Assembly (NCBI GenBank): GCA_964106915.2
Contig: OZ066918.1
From: Podarcis gaigeae
Taxonomy: Eukaryota
DNA length: 64,000 bases
Strand: one strand, 5' to 3'
Shown here piece after piece: positions 58,686 through 64,000 of this stretch (its first letter is position 1; each line of letters starts with the position of its first letter). Below the pieces are notes generated by a model. It did not search any database and was not told where the DNA came from. It saw nothing but the letters and a program-made list of their open reading frames with translations. A program made the translations under genes and the position numbers.

Positions 58686-60859
58686 TATTGCATCATTATT
58701 GCCTGATTGACATGCCTCTCACATGTTTCAAGGGTAACTTTTGCCATGTGGCAAAATGGAAGCATTTCAAATCCTGATCTCTCAAAGCTCTCAGTTGCAT
58801 GAGGAGCCTGCATGCTTACAGCAAGATCCCCACTTGCAGAAGTCACCCTTATCGAGGTGCACAGATCGGGCAATGGTGACACGACAGAGGGGAGTGGTGA
58901 CCCCACTCTCTTCCCTCATGCGATTGCAGGTGCACAAGGGGGGAAAGCTGAATAAGGCCAATGCCATGCTAATTCATCTGGATTTATTGGGAATCACAAA
59001 GGCCACATGAGTCTCCATACTAAATGTTCCACTACAATTGCAACAGATGGGTGAAATCGTATCCCAAATGCCCCCCAGTGTCTGGAAGCAGCAGTTCACG
59101 GTCTCTTAACATGGAGTTTTACCAGCTGTTTTGGAGGCTGTGTAGAGATAGGGAAGCTGTTGAATCCTCCGGCAGGCAGACTTTAGGGGTTTCCTATATT
59201 CCAACATAGATGTCCAAAGTTGCACAAAGTTATCTGAGCAAAGATTTCTACTTCTGAATCTACAGCACATGCTCTGTGCTGACAAATCATTTTCCAGGCT
59301 CCATGATAGCAGATCATTATTATTAGACAAGATGTATTAAGGAAGCACTTAGATTTTCAGAGAACAGATTTCTCATCCTACTGCATTATATTGCAATGCA
59401 GCAACAGAGACAATTCTGGAATTGTGGCAACACTTGCTAGGTAAACAGAGTATAGTAGTACTGTATTAGGTTTCATCTGAGAGTGTTTTAATGGTACCGC
59501 CTCACATACCATCTGTTTGAATGATTTAAAACTCTATACTGGGCTGGCTTACCTTATGACACCCTGAGATGAATTGACTACAAGTTCAGTGAAGGGGAGA
59601 TATCTATATCCATCGTCTGGCAATCAGCCCCATTGTCCACAATCTTGCCATATACAATACAGCAGAGCCTGGGAATAAAAACAGAAGAAGGACCCTGTTA
59701 GTTCATACCAAAGACATATCTAATCCAATGTTCTGTTTCTGACTGTGGCCCGCTAGATGCCTCGGGGAAGCAAAACATTCCTCCTCTGTTGCCTGCTATT
59801 TAGATGTAGGCTTATAGGTAAGAATAAATATAGGGCAGAAACCTGTAACCCTCAACTCCCATCACATTTGAGTCCTGGCCATGCAGCCTGTGGCTGATGT
59901 GAACTGGAGTCTGAAGGTCAACTGGTTCCCCACCCTGTCAGTAGACCTATATCCCATAAATTAATTTAAAAGTCATTTAATATGGTGGTTATCACCACAT
60001 CTGGTGGCACTGTATCCCATGTATCCATTACGGATTGGGTGAAGATTTGCTTTTTGTGGCTGTTGCTGTTCTGTTATGAACCTACCACCAAGCAGTCGCC
60101 AATGTTCTGCAGAATTACTCAACTGTGATCATAACATCTCTGCATGCTTTGCAACTTTCCATGGAGAATCATTGCATTGGTGCTGAATACTCAGGTACAC
60201 TGGGGTTGTCGGCCATTAGCAGTGCTACCGAACTCCTGTTCTATAGTGGCAGTGACAGATGTCATGGCAGTGATGACCAGAAGGAGAAAGGCTGCAGGGA
60301 GCCAAAAAGCCCATCACCTACAGTACCTCCTGCTGTAGGCATATGTAGCAGCAGAAGCAGCTGTATGGATGAAGTAATGCTCCATTTACAACTCAGTCAT
60401 CTGTCTCCTTCACCTGCTCGCTCAAGAAGGCATGCAGGTGTGTTATGCAGCAGGCAAGGATGGACTGATAAGATCACTGCAGAGAGAATGTACAGGAGGG
60501 TCCGTGACTATCCTGCTTCAGTGAGGTCGCGCAAGTGCAATGTCTGGAGTCAGAAGTGACAGCCTTAACATTCAATACTGAGTAGCATTGAAGGCTCAGC
60601 TGCAAAATATTGCATCTTGGTGCGATATATTTTTTTAAGTCACACATGCTTGAAACTAGCATATAGAGTTGGCAGGCTCTCACTCAGAGACCCAATTGTC
60701 ACTTCAAGGCTGCAACCATCTTATGCAAGCTTCCCTAGAGATGATCCCACTGAACTCGATGAGCCCGAGTAAACAAGCTTGGAGTATCAAATTGTCATTT
60801 TAATTTCCCCCTCATGTGCAACCACACTGATTTGCCACTTTTACAAAATGGAACCTCCA

Positions 60860-61033
60860 GGTTTAGAGGCACAGGGCCACTGAATAACAAGTCTTGGGAA
60901 CAAGCAGCAGATGAGGGCTGCTGCTTCCAGGAACCACTGGCCAGCTTCTGAGAAGTATCTGGCTGGTCCCTGCAAGCAACAGAATGCTAGACTAGCAGGG
61001 CCTTTGAACTGATCCAGCTGGGCTTTTCTGATG
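60860..61033 (+). mobile_element. Old CR1-type 3' tail fragment
   Basis: ACAGAATGCTAGACTAG.AGGGCCTTTG..CTGATCCAGC.GGGCT.TTCT.ATG; similar tail at about 43710-43770. Confidence 0.55.
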
Positions 61034-63304
61034 GCAACTAGAAGCCTTTCTTAGTCTCTCTTTGAATTTCAAGAAAAACCTGAATTTGTGTGTGTTATGG
61101 CTCCCTTAATTAATTCCAAAGCTCCGCTCCATGCTTCTTTCCCGATTTTAGCCAAATCATGCCCCACTGTTAGCCAGTAACTAAGGCCGCCATCACAAAA
61201 ATTAGAGGACTAGGCCACCCTGCAATGCTAACACTGCTTCTGAGCCTCCAACAGACACCGTCCATATATCATTTACTAGATTTGAATGAACTGTAGGGGT
61301 TGGGCTCAGGCAAGGGGACAAAATCCTTAAAGCTCCATGTAATCCTTTTTTTTAATCCAAACTGCTCAAGCCGAATCATTTGGGGACTATGGTTTTGATG
61401 TAAAGTATAAATGCCAGCCACATAAATCATAGACGATACGTAACCCTCTTCAGGCTGCATTTGTGAGGCCTCCAACAATTTGCCAGCAGATGGAACTAAA
61501 AAGCAGAGAGTGTTTCCTTCAAGGAACGTTATGCATCTGGTCATCTTATGCATAAAGACTTGGGAGGCGGGTGCCCTTCGGTCTGTTTGTTTTAAAAATT
61601 CAGCTTCTTGCCCATCAGGGTGCTTTTGTGTGAAATACTTTATTCAGATCGTAGGTTCATATTTTACAGAGAAGAAACCCAAGTTCTATACTTCAAGGGC
61701 ACAGAGGATCCACAGCTATACTCTGCATAGATAAGGTCCCAAGCCTAGTTAGTCAGCACCTCTGGCTAAAGCATCTCATATTTCAGGGCCAGGGAAAAAT
61801 TCTGCTGGAAATCCTGGAGAGCTACAGTCGGAAAAGTTACTGGGCAAGATATATCAGTGATCTAATTTAGCATAAGCCAGCTTCTTACAGTCATAATCAT
61901 GTTGTTCCATTAATATATAAACTTTTGGCTCTGCTGATAAGTGACAAGTTAATGCTACAGTCCTAAAAACACAGACATGCACACACCTTCTTAAATTAGC
62001 ACTGCGATTCTGAGTATGCATACTTGAAGTCATAGGATAAGACTAAGTTAATCAATTGTCCAGAGTGGCTCCCAAAATATAAAGGGAATATTTGCTCCAT
62101 AGTATTAGGTTAATAACAGTTTCACTGGCATGGTTTCCCTCAGAGAACCTTGAGAATTGTATTTTGGTAGAGGCGCTGAAGATTCTCTGTTAGAAATCCC
62201 TAGTCTCCCTACCCTTTGCAGAACTACAGAACTACACCAAATATTTCACTGTAGGCGTGGGCTCCACCAACACAGCTGATTTTATGTCAGTGTTTAGATT
62301 CATTAAGTTGACGTCAATAGACCACTGCAGCCAAGCCCCCTTTTAAGCATGAGATGTCAAGAGCTTCCATTTAAGCCACATCCTTATTGTTCCCAGTCAT
62401 AATGCTTGAGTAACAAAGGCCAAACGCGCAGGTGGGATCCAAGTGGGTGGGATTTGTATATCAAATGCCTAGAAGTGTTGCCGGACAAAGTGCCTTGTCT
62501 TTCATTGAATGGCTTTTCGTACATAATTTCACCCCTTGCAAAATGTCTCATGAGTCAATTCAAGTGCTATGCATAAATCTCAGCATGGTTCTGACATGAA
62601 TCATTTCCCCCTACTATCCAATATTAAACTCAGCACTTAAGGCAGGGAGTGGCGGGATAACATTTTCTTGAAAACAGTTTGCACCTTGGCAAATAAATTA
62701 CATGTTCCAAAAATTACATACTGAAGAAGCCTGTTCCCCCATCCCTAGCTCTGGTACATGGTTTTAGCCTATCATTGGGATTCCTTGCCCTGCTGCCTAA
62801 CTGATTTGCTTAACTGATCAGGATGTTGTGGAGATTCATCAAGTACGGATGGAGGTAGAATTCAAACATATCTTCATCTAGAATAAACAGGAGTGGCATG
62901 TCCCATTTCACTGCCACAGGTAAAACAGTAATGTGCTGCTATGCTGTCACAGAAGCCTCCCTTATCTGGTGGTGCCCGCAAAGCAGAGGCAATTGCAACA
63001 GGTTCTGGCAAGATCTCATGAGATTTCACAAGCTCTTACGGGCCAGCCCTGAGCAGAAGTAACATATAATGGTCATTTGCAGAGATGTATCACTCTGAAA
63101 TATAACTACCCCAGTGCCTAGTAGCTATTAGAAGATACTCAGTCCACACCGAGATCCAGCTTGGCTGTGCATTACATTGGGAATGGGGGTCTTGAGAGCG
63201 CTGCTCACATATCCTAAGCTCAGTGTGGGCAGGCTTCTCCCAAAGTTGAAGTCATCAGGTACTTGCTAAAAAAATCATCTAGGTTTCTGCTCCCTTATCA
63301 ACCT

Positions 63305-64000
63305 TTGTTGTTGTTGTTCTTTAATCATTTAGTCGTGTCCGACTCTTCATGACCCCATGGACCAGAGCACGCCAGGCACTCCTGTCTTCCACTGCCTCCC
63401 GCAGTTTGGTCAAACTCATGTTGGTAGCTTTGAGAACACTGTCCAACCATCTCGTCCTCTGTCGTCCCCTTCTCCTTGTCCCCTCCATCTTTCCCAACAT
63501 AAGGGTCTTCTCCAGGGAGTCTTCTCTTCTCATGAGGTGGCCAAAGTATTGGAGCCTCAGCTTCACGATCTGTCCTTCCAGTGAGCACTCAGGGCTGATT
63601 TCCTTAAGAATGGAGAGGTTTGATCTTCTTGCAGTCCATGGGACTCTCAAGAGTCTCCTCCAACACCATAATTCAAAAGCATCAATTCTTCGGCAATCAG
63701 CCTTCTTTATGGTCCAGCTCTCACTTCCATACATCACTACTGGCAAAACCATAGCTTTAACTATACGGACCTTTGTTGGCAAGGTGATGTCTCTGCTTTG
63801 TCATTGCTTTTCTCCCAAGAAGCAGGTGTCTTTTAATTTTGTGACTGCTTTCACCATCTGCAGTGATCATGGAGCCCAAGAAAGTAAAATCTCTCACTGC
63901 CTCCATTTCTCCCCCTTCTATTTGCCAGGAGGTGATGGGCCCAGTGGCCATGATCTTCGTTTTTTTGATGTTGAGCTTCAGACCATATTTTGTGCTCTCC
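63305..64000 (-). mobile_element. BovB LINE 3' region, running off the window end
   Basis: ATGPITSWQIEG.EMEAV.DF.FLGS.ITADG and PTKVRIVKAMV.PVVMYG.ESWTIKKA..RRIDAFELWCWRRLLRVPWTARRSN peptides; small deletion near 63797; (CAA)n tail. Confidence 0.96.

Noticed and set aside
59990-60012. CTCF-like motif TGCCACCAGATGTGG; also TGCCAACTAGTGTC at about 10985
   Set aside because: Imperfect matches inside decayed repeats.
60125-60559. 144-aa ORF
   Set aside because: Non-ATG start, no recognisable domain, begins next to decayed CR1-like sequence; treated as chance.

Overview
Vertebrate non-coding DNA (intronic or intergenic), almost certainly from a squamate reptile and probably a lacertid lizard. 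The assignment rests on the repeat content: Sauria SINEs, BovB LINEs, a Squam3-like CORE-SINE with a (TTC)n tail, and young L2 tails ending in (TTA)n. I found no host protein-coding exon, rRNA, functional tRNA gene or CRISPR array. The only recognisable protein-coding sequence is decayed retroelement ORF2: L1-clade at 2.7-4.8 kb and about 43 kb, BovB/RTE, L2 and CR1. The window is a mosaic of LINE ends, SINEs, Tigger and hAT MITEs and two solo LTRs. Many are nested and have readable target-site duplications (TSDs). Between them lie TE-poor, homeodomain/PBX/MEIS/POU/RFX-motif-rich blocks that look like conserved enhancers of a developmental-gene landscape; that is inference and needs alignment. 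The most notable observations are: a perfect 38-bp inverted repeat at 649-728; a solo LTR carrying a 102-codon acidic then Arg-rich open frame from its very edge; a CpG-rich, double-hairpin, promoter-like cargo inside a hAT MITE in a three-layer nest; an intact-looking solo LTR promoter beside a dense PBX-HOX/octamer cluster; and a BovB insertion with a fold-back 5' junction. There is one 130-N assembly gap. I cannot claim a new biological system from this sequence alone. Family names come from motif recognition, not from a database search.
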